NCBI GenBank assembly: GCA_049999805.1
Contig: JBNGIO010006279.1
Location: 280,485-344,484 of the forward strand
From: Folioceros fuciformis
Lineage: Eukaryota
Direction of reading: 5' to 3'
Length of the DNA: 64,000 bases
Position numbers and translations under genes: made by a program. Position 1 is the first letter of the stretch. The number at the start of each line of letters is the position of its first letter. Shown here piece by piece: positions 1 to 12,577 of this stretch. The notes under the pieces are model-generated. The model was given only the letters and a program-made list of their open reading frames with translations. It did not search any database and had not been told where the DNA came from.

Positions 1-204
1 AAAGGCTATCAAGATTATATCATAAAACATAGACAGTCATCGAGATTAGGCCTATATATGTAGTAGTTCTGTACACTATGCTATGATCACATTGTTCCTA
101 GTACATAAGTTGTTTCATTGTACAAGTTTGTCTTATGGTGTTGTAAGTTGTTGTCTTGCTGTGAGATATTTTGTATGTGTTCCTTACCCAATTCTTTTTG
201 ACGT

Positions 205-1401
205 GTGGGACTGTCATACAAGCATGCTACTTTAACAAAGCAACAAAAGAAAGAGGTTTGCGAATATTATGTTCAACACTCTTGCAGACTTAAGGAGTTG
301 ACTAGATGGACAACAGAGAAGTTTTCAATAGCGGCTTCTAAAAGTGCATTGTCTAGGATTGTGAATGACAAAGACAAATGGTTGGACCCTACCATTGGTC
401 CAACAATTAATATGGCAGGAATAAGGGATAGAGCAGTCGTATGCCCACAGATTGACCGCGCAGTACACGTTTGGGCTCTTGCAATCCAACCTTAAGATGC
501 CACAATTTCAGATGACTTGCTTCGTGAGTGCATCAAGTTGTATTGTGACTATCAAGTAGTGGTTATGCTGGTAAAAGCTTGGACATCATTTGTGAGTCCT
601 TATACCATACGCAATTGTTGGAGGCATAGCACTTTGGATGCAGAATTGCGTGCACAAGATGCTCGGTTCCGTGAGTCTTTAGATCTAAACAGCGCACCAT
701 ATGATCTAGAGGATCAATTGTCGCATCCTCAAAATTACTCTAATTCGTTGGAAACGCAGGTAGAAGAGCTACAACAATCCATGCGAAGCTTAGCATTATT
801 AACATCTAAAGATATGATAGGAATTGCTGATGTTGGATATCTAACGATGACAGCTGAAGAGTATCTGAACTTTGAGGAGGATGAAGGATTGAAGACTATA
901 TATATTCCTACAGAGGACAAAATATGGCAAGCATTAATCCCTCCACTTGTCAATGAGGAGGGTGAAGAGAATGATACAGCGTCAGTGGAGACCATAGCGT
1001 CAAGACCGTGTACGACGAAGGATGCTGTAGATAATGCTATGAGGATAACGAAGATGTTTTTGGAAGAGGTGCCACATAATACTCTTTGATGCTTTGAAGT
1101 TGCATTCTCGGTTGGAAAAACATATTGCTAGAAAACATATTGCTAGTCATTGGATGAAAGCAACTCAACATCAATCAAGAATTGATGATTATTTTAACCC
1201 AACAAACTAGAATTAGCTTGGCAGGTATGTAATACGAGGGAGCATTTTGGATTTTTTGGAAGCTTTTAAGCTCTTTCGAATTTTTATTTAAAAAAATTTA
1301 TAATTTTTTAAATAGTTTTATTTTAAAAAAAATAAAATGCCTAAATAAGAACCCCTTTAAATGGGACAAGTTTTGCTACTCCCAATTGTTCCCACTGACT
1401 G
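205..1401 (+). mobile_element. Degenerate pogo/Tigger (Tc5/CENP-B type) transposon remnant, internally deleted transposase
   Basis: ORF 205-495 resembles the CENP-B N-terminal HTH (LTKQQKKEVCEY...SKSALSRIV...PQIDRAVHVW). After a stop at 493-495, ORF 517-1089 has the DDE C-terminal motif (AWTSFVSPYTIRNCWRHS) and an acidic tail. The end at 1401 reads TA-CAGTCAGTGGGAACAATTGG on the minus strand, like a pogo TIR plus TA target site. Confidence 0.7.
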
Positions 1402-1485
1402 TATGTAAATCAGAATTAATTATTATATCAATAATTTTAGAATAGTTAAAAATCGAACTGGCGGGGAATCTCTGGCACTCAGACG

Positions 1486-3882
1486 ATGTCTCGAGCGACG
1501 ATGGAGTGCGCAGGGCATCAGCTGGGCGCCTGTCTAGGCCCGGCAAGCATTCGATGCGGGGCCTGCGGTGCGGTGCGATATTGCTCCCGTTCCCACCAGG
1601 TGCGTGTAGGCAAGTAAGGCAGGCTTGGGATGTCTCTGACATAGGTGGCTGAAGGATGGGCTCTATTGCAGAAGGCGCATTGGGTAGAGCACAGTGCGGA
1701 CTGTGCACGTCTGGCGGAGCAGATGCAAGGGGCGGTGAGCTACAACGATTTTCCTTTCTCCTTCACAGAGGAAGCAACCTGGCTGGTACCGCCGCCTCGT
1801 CTCTTGGCTGTCATACCTGGTTCCTGTTGGTCCGGTGCCTTTGGTGACTAGGCTGTGTAGGTTGATGCAGGCATGGTGACTAAGTGCTCGTTTCTGGAGC
1901 GGCGAGGGCTTCATGGTCTGGGGCTCTGGAGAGCCGAGTGTGGTTGCTTCCAAGATGGTTGTGGTATGCCCCTGGTTCTCTGCTGTTGGGATGTGCGTGT
2001 TGAGACTGTGGTGGACCTGCATGAGCTTGTCACTGCAGTGAGGGCTTGCTCGTAGTGGCATAGAGACCCGCCTGGCTTTTGACCATGGCGTGTGACGTCG
2101 AGTGGCGTCCCTCGGGAGTCTTTCCAGAGCAATTTGATGGTATGGTGCCATACTTGGCGGACGTGCTGGTCTGGTGTTTCAACCTAATGCTGACGTATTT
2201 TATGTGGACATTTTGTTAGTATCTGGCGGGCCGGCGGAACTGAACCGCGATCATGATTGGTTTCTGCCGTCCACCATGTGCCCTTGCACAAGTATGCGCT
2301 AAGCTAACCAAGTTTACGAAATCTTTTGTTTTCTGTCTTTTGTTTACGCCGACATGTTTGTCAGCTTACCTTTCTTGGTAGTTGCAGTGCAGATCCTTGC
2401 AATTCGCCGTCAGCTACTCTGGCAAGTTGGATCGATTATTACAATTGGCGGCAACTTCCTCTAGATTCTCCAGTGGCGTTGCTTCTCCACTGGGTAGTTC
2501 CTGCTCTGGTATTTGCGTGCATCAAGTAATGTGTGTCTTTGGAGGTACATGGGAAAATGACAGTCGCCTGTCTGCTCTGCTGGTCGATTTGCTATCCCGG
2601 CATGTCTTTTGTCGTCAGTCTTATGATGCTCTTCGTTTTTTCAGCCGCTCACCATCTACCATGCTCTATCTTTCATCAGCTCTGAAAATCTTATGAGCCT
2701 GAGTGGGAAGTTCCTACGAATTCTTTACCTAGGTATAAAGTGCCTGGCTATAAGGTGTGGAATTGCAGTGCTGTATGAGACGGGTGATGATGTGTTGTCA
2801 TTCCTTATGTCTCAGGCCCAGAGAGAGAGCTAAAACAGCTCACTGTTTTTGGTGAGTTAACAGCTCTTCTCCCAGGAGCACATCTGCATATCGATTTTGT
2901 TGGCCCTGCAATTCCTGCAACCAGGTACTTCTTGCTAGACAATGCACATCTTCTGCTCGTCCCCTTGGAGTGAGAGTCCCCTGTTAATGTTCCAGAGGGT
3001 CTCCCTGGCGCTCAAGCCTTATGGTTTAACTATGTGGACTTTGCAGAGATGGTGACCTCATAGCAGTCCATGGGTTTCCAAGATGTCTGGATGGAGACCG
3101 TGGATCCAATTCAGCTCCCACTGAACTGCATGTTTGCAGTCCAAGTACGCCAGCCAACAGTTCTTCACAGGAATCTCTTCTTCTAAAGCTGTGGAAAGGG
3201 ATGTACCACGACCGGCATCTTGAATTGTCCAAGGTCGCATGATTTTGAGATGCACCTCTTTGGCTGCTCTCTTCCTTTCCTCCCTGTAACCCTCTCTGTT
3301 CCCCAGGGTTCTCGTCCACACCTCATCCTAGCGGCAAATGCTGGCATTGCAGCCTTCTCAAGCTGGCGTCGTACAATTGTACGCACCTTGTGGATGCTAT
3401 GCGTTATCTCAGAGGTTTAGAGTTCACGTCGCACGAAAGCTCAACTTCCAAGTGTCCTGTTCGCAGGAGTTAATCGTGGAAAGTGGGGTGCCTGCATTCT
3501 TCACGGACTACTGTGCAGAGGCTGGGTTTCTTGCACAAAAATGTGTTCTGACCGTGTCTGGGGCTGCCGTCAGCCATCCGGTAAGACACTATCGGACGCC
3601 GGGCTTCTGAAGCTCTTGGCGGTGCCATCGTGAGAAAACTCCACTGACAGCTGCAACTTCTGATTGCAGGTGCGGTTGAACCCTTTTCGACAGCCTTTTG
3701 CAGCGGGTAACAACTGCCTGGAGGTGCCAACCTATCCCAATTGTGTGATTTTTGGGATCAATGGATTTGCGTTCTCAGGCAAGTGTGTGTCTGGACGTAA
3801 TTGTGCTGTTGCGAAAAAATGCGCGAGAAGTGAGTGTCCTAGTAGAGTGAAGGCTTTTGATGTGAAGAAGTTTCCGGAGTAA
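1486..3882 (+). CDS. MYND zinc finger protein with MSS51/ZMYND15-like C-terminal domain (multi-exon)
   Basis: Exon 1 MSRATMECAG...CGACGAVRYCSRSHQ splices to KAHWVEHSADC (MYND finger). Later exons include SWIDYYNWRQLPLDSPVALLLHW, PHLILAANAGIAAFSSW, PAFFTDYCAEA and NPFRQP, ending at stop 3882. GT-AG introns are visible between exons. Confidence 0.8.
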
Positions 3883-4199
3883 ATGTGCGAAGCAGTATTT
3901 AAACCACTGTACCCGGCTTGTTCACGTGCGTGTAGGTGGTGGCTTTTGTTCTCATGATCTGCGCACCGGAAAGGAAAGTACTAATCAGTCGGGGGCTGAA
4001 AGCACACATTAGGACGCGCGGGCCTCATTCTGTTCAACCATTATCCCTGCGAAGGACGAATCTATTCTGTTGAATTTTTTTAAAGACAGTCACGACCCTG
4101 TCGCCGTCGAGCAAATGTGTACAGCTATGTAGGGAAGAGGCGATGAAAGATCAACAGAAATATCCACTAATCAATCAGACTCAATTTTATTCAGATCCA

Positions 4200-7000
4200 A
4201 TGTCGAATAAATTTTGATGGAATTTGTCTGAAATTAGGAGAAATGGAATACCGATACGAAACTTTGTGCGGCGTTATATGGTCCAAACAAACATTTTGGG
4301 CCGTATATGGTCCAAACAAATATTTTAGGTGGTATATGGTCCAAACAAATATTTTGGGTGGTATATGGTCCAAACATTTTGGGTGGTATATTATGGTCTA
4401 AATATTTTGGGCGGTATATGGTCTAAATATTTTGGGTAGTATATGGTCCAAACATTTTGGGCGGTATATGGTCCAAACATTTTGGGCNNNNNNNNNNATA
4501 TGGTCCAAACATTTTGGGCGGTATATGGTCCAAACATTTTGGGCTTGCTTTCATACAAAGTTATGTGCAGCGGTGTATAGACGTAACACATCTGCCTCCT
4601 TCGGTCGTAGGACCCCATCTAGGGGGTGGTGATACGGATCGAAGTTTCAAGTCCAGCATCCTACCAACGAGGAGGGTAGGACCCCATCGTCTAGGAGGTG
4701 GTGATACGGATTGAAGTTTCAAGTTTAGCATCCTGCCAACGAGGAGGGTAGGACCCCATCTAGGGGGTGGTGATATGGATCGAAGTTTCAAGTCCAACAT
4801 GCTGCCAACGAGGAGGGTGTAGAAGCTGCGGCGCAAGTTGGTGATATGGATCGAAGTTTCAAGTCCAACATGCTGCCAATGAGGAGGGTGTAGAAGCTGC
4901 GGCGCAAGTTCTTCTATTCGGAGGCGTGCTCATCTAGAGAGTGGAGAGGAGCAGAATGACATACCTCTACGTCCACGGCAAGGTGCCGCCCGTGGCAAAC
5001 AACCGTCTCTTGCCGTGAGGGTCTCTCATATAGAATACCGATTCGGACATGGCCTAGACACTCTTTTTTTTTTCTTTTTTTTTCCCTAAAATACATATTT
5101 TTTCCTGGAATATATGGTTGTACTCAGATTCCTGCACTTAATATAGCCACATCAGAGGACCTACTTGTACACCCGCGTAGAGGGACTTTTTTTCTCATCA
5201 CCGGGCGTGTGGAATGATTATTTGGGTTCATGCACCCTCATCATAAAAAATCTGGATGAAACATGTCGGAGGTTCACAGGGGTTAGGGTTTGGTAGTATT
5301 CCAAGACGTGCCGATTGACACCGTGAGACCCTCATGGCGAGCGAGAAATAGTTGTCTGCCATGGGCGGCACCTTGCCATGGACACATAGGTGTGTCATCC
5401 TCCTTGTCTCCAAAGGAGCACCCTAAATCCGCACCCTCCTCGTTGGCGGGATGCTGGACGTGGAACTTCGATCNNNNNNNNNNACCCTCCTCGTTGGCGG
5501 GATGCTGGACGTGGAACTTCGATCCGCACCACCCTGTCGGCCATCTTGCTCTGCAGCATTGCCTGGGGTCCCGGATATTATCACAAAGTAAGGGTCTCGA
5601 TTGGGACCCCTAGATGGCACCCTATGATTGAAGGGGTAGATGGCACCCTAGGATTGAAGGGGTAGATGGCACCCTAGGATTGAAGGGGTAGATGGCACCC
5701 TATGATTGAAGGGGCAAATTTGTTATGTCTAAAATGTTTGAACTGTATATCGCCCTGCAAAAGTTTGTGTGAAAGCCAGCCTGACGGTATTCCATACCTC
5801 ATGGTGGTGTCAATCAATGCATATATGAGACACTACAAAACCCTAACCCTTGCGAACCCACGACATATTTCATATGTGTGCAGTGTATCTTAAAACACTG
5901 TGTGGTATTCTGATTTTTTATGATGAGGGTACATAAACTCAAATAAATTTTGATGAAATTTGTCAGGTCTTTTGAGAGAAATTGTTTCATCTAGACGGAC
6001 TTATGATGGAATACTGGTACGGTCAGGCTGATTTTCACTGACTTTCACACAAAGTTTTGCGGCTTTCATACAAAGTTTGACTTTCACATAAAGTTTTGCA
6101 CGGCAATATATGGTCCAAATATTTTGGGCTGGCTTTCATACAAAGTTTTGCGTGGCGGTATGTGGTCTAAATATTTTGGGCTGGCTTTCATACAAAGTTT
6201 TGCGTGGCGGTATGTGGTCCAAATATTTTGGGCTGGCTTTCATACAAAGTTTTGCGCGGCGGTATATGGTCCAAATATTTTGGGTTCATATTTTGGACGA
6301 AATACATCTGCCCCTGCTTCAGTCGTAGGATCCCATCTAAGGGTCCCGATCGGGACACCTACTTTATTATAATATCGGGGGACTCTAACTCCAGGCAATG
6401 GTGCAGGGCAATACGGCTGGCGGATGTGGTGATTTAAGATCGAAGGGTCCAGCATCTTACCAACAAGGAGGGTGCGAAACTGGCGGAGCAAGCTCTCCTA
6501 CTCGGAGGTGTGCTCCTCTAGAGAGTGGAGAGTGGCAGGATGACATGCCTTTGCGGAGGTGTGCTCCTCTAGAGAGTGGAGAGTGGCAGGATGACATGCC
6601 TCTGCGGAGGTGTGCTCCTCTAGATCCTCTAGAGAGTGGAGAGTAGCAGGATGACATGCCTCTGCGGAGGTGTGCTCCTCTAGAGAGTGGAGAGTAATAG
6701 GATGACATGCCTCTGCGTCCATGGTGAGGTGTCGCCCGTGGTAAACAACCTGTTCTTGCCATGAGGGTCTCTCATATGGAATACCGATTCGCACACGGCT
6801 TTTTTCTTGTTTTTTCTAAAATATATATTTTATATAAGAATATACGATGGCATCCACCTCAGATTCCCGTACTGGACATAGGCACGTAACAGGGCTTCCC
6901 TACAGGGTATTTTTTTTCTCATCACTAACGGGCGTGTGGACCGATACGGACATGTATTATGTTTTTTATTTGGGTTCATGCACCTCATCATAAAAAACAT
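4200..7000. repeat. Cluster of three related non-coding repeat-element copies (direct, inverted, direct) with internal minisatellites and ~33 bp inverted termini; probable non-autonomous DNA transposon
   Basis: 4200-5252 and 5912-6997 share collinear blocks (e.g. gagggtctctcatat-gaataccgattcg near 5018 and 6763). 5290-5610 is a reverse-complement partial copy. TTTTTATGATGAGGGTACATAAACTCAAATAAA (5915-5947) is inverted relative to 6965-6997 and 5218-5252. Confidence 0.75.
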
Positions 7001-7031
7001 CACAGCCCTGGGCGTGTCCAAAGGACTTCAC

Positions 7032-10000
7032 TTATCTGAAGGACGGCATTGCTCCTTCAAATAGCATCCCTTGTACCTCAGTGTTGTTCTGAATCATGTG
7101 CTTGACAAATAGGTTGTGTAGATTCGCAATGTTAGTGCTCTGTGCTCTAACAGGGCAAGGCCCTGAGGTAAGAAAGTTGCTTAGGGTCTCAGGCCGTACT
7201 GCAGATACCTTTTTCCTCTTCAATATGTCTTCGCAATCTTCTGCATCTAACCATCCAATCACAAGATCCGATCCTTCCTCAAGTTTCCAGGTCTTGTTCT
7301 GATCTTCAACACTGGGCCACAAGTGTTCATGGTTGAGCGGACACGAGGACATCCGCAGCTCGCTTATCAAATGCTTCATCATTACGACCTGAGTTTGCCG
7401 GTACTTGCATGGCAGTAGTTTTTGTACACAAGCTGGTCTGATCAGACCTTCGTCGAGCCCTGCACAAAGACGTTCAAACAGGTGCGGACTCACACTAAGT
7501 AGTAGGACTTAAACACAAAACAGTGTCTGGGAGATCAACACCAGAGCTGAACGCACCTTTAGTAGATTTTGAGAGCTTCTGAATGTGATTTCGTACATAC
7601 TTGTGAATGAACGAGACAGTATTTGTGTAACTGTCGTTCGACTGGGCCAGCACATCTATAAACGGGCCCGACAGTGAACCAAACTGTACAACTATTTCCA
7701 TGGTTTTGGTGGTAATTCTGATCAAATTTTGCTCCAATTCGACGCTGGTCCCTAGGGCAGCTCCATGATTCCATAGCCCCCCATTTCTCGAAAGCTTCAA
7801 CTGCATGCAACAGTGCATCAGGCGCAAACCAGAAAGTTTCTGTCCAGACCAAAGGGCAAGATTCCTGAAATGTGATACTGTTCATGGCTCATGTACAACA
7901 CCACTCGGGGGCTCCATGCTGCGAGACAATATTACAAAACGCTAGCTATGGCATCCCCAGTCAACCAACCTGCAGTTCATGAAAGAAGCTGTGTGTGATG
8001 AATGTTCGAACTTTGTCACGACTGACAAATCTGCGACCCACATAAATACCAGGACCATTCGTCTTCCAGCTCAAGTCTGAGCTCTCGAGTAGCAACTCGG
8101 GGATGAATAACTTGTCTGAGAAAGATAGATGATCAATCTTGTCATGATCACTCTTGTCACACAGTTTGAGGCATCTCATAAGAATAAGTCCATCGACAAC
8201 ATCATTATTCTTGAAGACCCGTTCCACCGTAGTTTCCTCAACAAAACCCTCAGATGCATGTGGACGCAACAAGTCAAGTAGCTGAGGGATGACCTCACTG
8301 ATCAGATAGTCAGGGTTAATCACAACTATCTTCTTGTACTCGAAGTTTGAAAAGAAGATATTCTCCCCAACATCATGGAGGTGATGAGAAAGCTGCACAA
8401 AACAACCCCGCACCTTATCATTAATGAAATAGAGCATGAGCAGCACAGCCCCACCGTAATAGGAAAGGAGCAATGAATATCATGATGCTACGGGAAATCT
8501 CAAAATCACTACGTTCAGCTACTAAGTCTCACAAACATCTGTGTAGAGACACTGAAACAACAGTAACATGTGAGCCTGACAACACCTTACCTCCTCAAGA
8601 GACATTTCTTTCTCAGAGCTTTTATATATTTCTTGCCATTCATGGAAGCTTTGCATATAAGTACCGCCAATCCTAGACTGTGCAGGCTTTAAGCATGCAC
8701 GCGGTATGGCAGGAAGTTCTTGCTTATAGTTCTTCAGTTTGTTAACAATATGTTCCCTAACCTTCTGCGCCGTTGGTACGTCAGAGACAAAGAGTGCACC
8801 TTTTTCAACCGTCAAGACTTCCTCATACTTCCTGGCCAAGGTTTCTATGATGCTTGGCTCCAGATGACCACTGCCCGAGAGTAAAATCCAAACAGTGGGA
8901 GCTAATATCGTTGGAGTAGTAATACTGGATGCAAGAAACCGAAACCAGTAACTGATATCCTCTTTAATTTCAGAATCAGTCCTCGCATCAAATTTCACAC
9001 ATACTATGAAGGAAGTAGGGCTTCCTTCACTGCGAGCACGATTTGGCAACAGCAGCTCTGACTGGAAGCTGTTATAGATCGTTTTGTTCCCTGAAAAATT
9101 CCACAGCGACACTGTAATGTCATCGTTGTCTTCGAGGACATGGATGCTCTTCTTAGCAGAGCTCGATGCCGACTTCCTGCTGGGCAGGTTATCCTCAGAA
9201 AACATCCCAAAAAACTCATTTATTCCTGCAGCAAACAATTCCCAGCTGTTAGTACCCATCTGCCTTGTACACAAAGAGTGGACAAAGCAGCGAACTTGCG
9301 CCAGAGCTTGCCTGAATCTCGATGGCCACACAGAATAATTCTTGCAAACAATTTGGTGTCGGAGGTACGTTTTGCTGCAACTAACTCCGAATTCTTTCTG
9401 AGGTCTGTAGGGCTCGGCATGGCTGGGGATGGCGAAGTGTTCATCAGGGAGTCCTTTCCATTGTCCTTCCAAGATTTAAGGAACGTATTATCACGCGCTT
9501 TCAAACTGGCCAACACTTCAGGAGCTTCCTGGAAACCATAGAAGCGTAGAAACCGCAGGCTTGGAGATTTATTTTGCTGCAGTGCCTTTAAAAGTCCTTC
9601 CAAGTCGCCTTGCTCCCAGGAGTGCTCAATATTTATCAGTGTAAGCTCGAGCAGGGTGTGATTGTGTTCCAACATCCACCTCATCTCCTGAGCCCCATTG
9701 CCACCTAAGAAGTCAAAAACAAATTTCAGTTTAAACAGGAACACTCTCACTAAGTTTCCAGAGATGGCGGGTCCTTTACTGCTGTACTCCTGTAGAAAGT
9801 GCTCCTCGGGAAGGATACTCAAGCCAAACAGCAAGACTGAGCAAGTACCTTCTGCTTTCCTTGCAAATCCGACACTTAATTTTTGCAGTGCTGTGTTATG
9901 CTGCCTGTCAATACTCCTGGCCCGCGTGAGAGGGCTAACCAAGGTGTAGACCCGGTGATCACTCAAGGGATTGAGATGTACAGCTAGTTCACGCAGATTG

Positions 10001-10736
10001 TGGTTAGTCCGCAGCATGCAATTGACAGCCTTAGCCCCTTTCTTGCAAAGCTTGTTGGAAGCCCCTCCAATGAGCAGAGTTTGCAGAGTCTGATGCAAAA
10101 CGAAAGTCAGCTCGTGGAAGCTACGAACCCACCATGTAACCACCAGCCACGACAAGGATAGCATACCGTATTGTCTGGTAGTCTGTGCACAGACGCTGCC
10201 AGATGCAGCACCAGCTGCTCGATCCCAGTCCTCCCCTGATCCCCAGTCCTCCACATGCAATTCGACGACAGATCCAGCTTCACCAAGCTTTTGTTGCTTT
10301 TCAACGCCTCTCCCAGGGCCATGGCCCCTCTGTACCCGATGTTGCAGTGGGGCAGCTCCAAGGTCTTCAGGCTCGTTGTTTTTCGCAGCAGCGTGGCGAA
10401 CTCCTCGGCACCCGAATCCCCCAGCGATCTCTGGAATCCTGCTCGTAACGTCTCGATGCTCTTGCTCTCGGATAACCCCTCGCAAAGCTGGTGGGCATCT
10501 TGGCTCGTCATGCCCAGAGACCGCAAATCCACTGTGGTGAGTGTAGGTGACCATCCGATGACGGACATGAGCTTTAACCGAAAGTGCGTCTCGTCCAGGA
10601 AGAAGGCCACTTCGCTGTCCTGGATGCCTTCGAAGCTGGTCATGCTTGACATTTCGTACAAAACATTTCTGAGGGAATCAGGCAGCGATGAATAATTGTG
10701 GTCCTGAAAGCCCACAGACGAGCTGGACGAAGCCAT
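7032..10736 (-). CDS. TORNADO1-like ROCO protein (RNI-type LRR + degenerate ROC GTPase + COR)
   Basis: RNI-like LRRs (LKTLELPHCNIGYRGAMALGEALKSNKSLVKLDLSSN). ROC-like motifs RIILCGHRDSG and SLWNFSG. COR-like motifs KIVVINPDYLISEVIPQLL, LFIPELL and YVGRRFVSRDKVRTFITHSFFHELQV, resembling TRN1. The ORFs join through short introns; the 3' end is uncertain. Confidence 0.75.
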
Positions 10737-11729
10737 GTTCGTAACCGTCTGTCCTGAGACAACATGAAAAACCACTGAAGCCTCCTATCTACAAGCTCCG
10801 TTCGTGTCCGAATCTTTTCACGGTTTTCCATTCCACACATTTCACCGCCACTTGCGCGAATGTCAGCAGTAACTTCCCGGCTTTGTGAGTCCGTTTGCGT
10901 TGATCGGCTTTGTTCAGATATACGTACTGTACATTTACCTCCTGCAGCATAACAATCCTAGGGCCAGAAGAAGGAACATGTTCGTAGATTGTCCTTCGGC
11001 CTGGAATCCAGGCTTTTGGAATCGGGGTTGGCTGTCTCCTTACCCTGCTTTGCAGCAGCTTGGAGTTGCGGGCTCCTGTAATGACTGGATTCAGAAGGAT
11101 TAGCAAATTCCGATGACGAGTTTGCTACTTCGCAAGAGCTATAGTGGACGATTGCAGGCAAACAATCGCAGACTAGTAGCACGAGAGCCGATTGAGCGCG
11201 CAGGATCGGGCCGGAAGGCGCCCAACCGGAGCCGCGCACGAGGGGCAAACCGCAGAGAATCGGTCAGCGTGGAAGCAGCAGACGGAAAAACAAAGAAAAA
11301 AAAAAAATACTAGTGGCTGCACGCACTTGCAGCCCCGAGGCTCAGGCTGGAGGAGCCAGCTGGGCGACGCAGGACGTAGATCGCAACCCGGCTCGGCAAC
11401 ATGCCGCAGGAAGGCAGCAGGCCGGCGTGGTCAAGCCATCATTCACAGAGGCCTTCGAGGATGCAGCGCTGCGGTCGCAACATACAGCGCGGAGGCAGCC
11501 CGAACCGGTGCACGCGGAGTGAGATGAAAGAGAGAGCCCACAGCTAATTCCGCCTTGAATCGCGATCACAAACTTCATTGTCGCAACATGATGTTGATGT
11601 TGCGCTACCTATAGTTGATGAAGGTGCGAGACGTATAGTTAAGCAATCTAATGAATTGGACAGCTACAAGTTCAAGTCAATTGGCTTTACCAACATCACT
11701 TTTTATTGTTCAACATTATAACCTAATTG

Positions 11730-12190
11730 GGTTGTTCCTCCAAATCTTTGGAATAGATGGGACTTTCTATATCTTTTTTTCACAAGCACATATCAATCGG
11801 CTTCTTGGAGAGAGATGGGTAGGTAGACTTTTTGTTATTCTATATCATGATATTTTAGGAGCAATAGATAATTTTTGAGGATCAATAGATAATTTTTGAG
11901 GATGATATTTGAAAGGGTTAGTACCCTTTTGGCCTCATTGGGTCGTCCCTTTTGGCCTCCTTGGGTAGTTCCTCCAATCTTTGGAATAGATGGGACTTTC
12001 GATATTTCTTCAACAAGCTCATGTTAATCGGCTTCTTTGACACCGATGGTAGATAGACTTGTTGTTATTCCACATCATGACATTTTAGGAACGGTAGATA
12101 ATTTTTGAGAATGATATTCGAAGGAGCTAGTACCCTTTTTAGCCCTATTCGGGTTATTCCTCCAATCTTTGGAATAGATGGGACTTTTCA
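11730..12190. repeat. About 2.5 diverged direct copies of a ~190-230 bp unit
   Basis: cctcca(a)atctttggaatagatgggacttt recurs near 11737, 11971 and 12158, with collinear flanks (aatcggcttctt, agataatttttgag, tagtaccctttt). Confidence 0.8.
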
Positions 12191-12577
12191 TTTCTTTTTC
12201 AATAATATAAAATATCATGTGTGTAATAAATTATGTTGGCCCACACTTGTTACAAAGTGATGGAGACAGGTTTTTAAAAGAAGGCAACCACTAGGGAAAA
12301 ACAAGAGAATCCTATTTCTATGGGCATGATACAATTTTACACAGTCCCTAACAAGCCTTGTGTAATCAGCCACATATACGAAAATGATAAAAAAAAGATT
12401 ATGACAAAGGAATTAGTTCACGTCGAAATCATCAACGAGTTATGCTTGCAAAAAGATGGGTACATCCTCGAGCATGTAAGATTAATTAGAACAAAAAATC
12501 TATTATTAAAGACTTTTTCTCACTAGACTTTCGAGCAGGATGATTAATTTGAAATAGATAAAAAAAAAACTTTTTAG

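Noticed and set aside
4270-4900. Regular short repeats resembling a CRISPR array
   Set aside because: Head-to-tail tandem units without unique spacers, eukaryotic context and no cas genes; the ORFs here are repeat artefacts.
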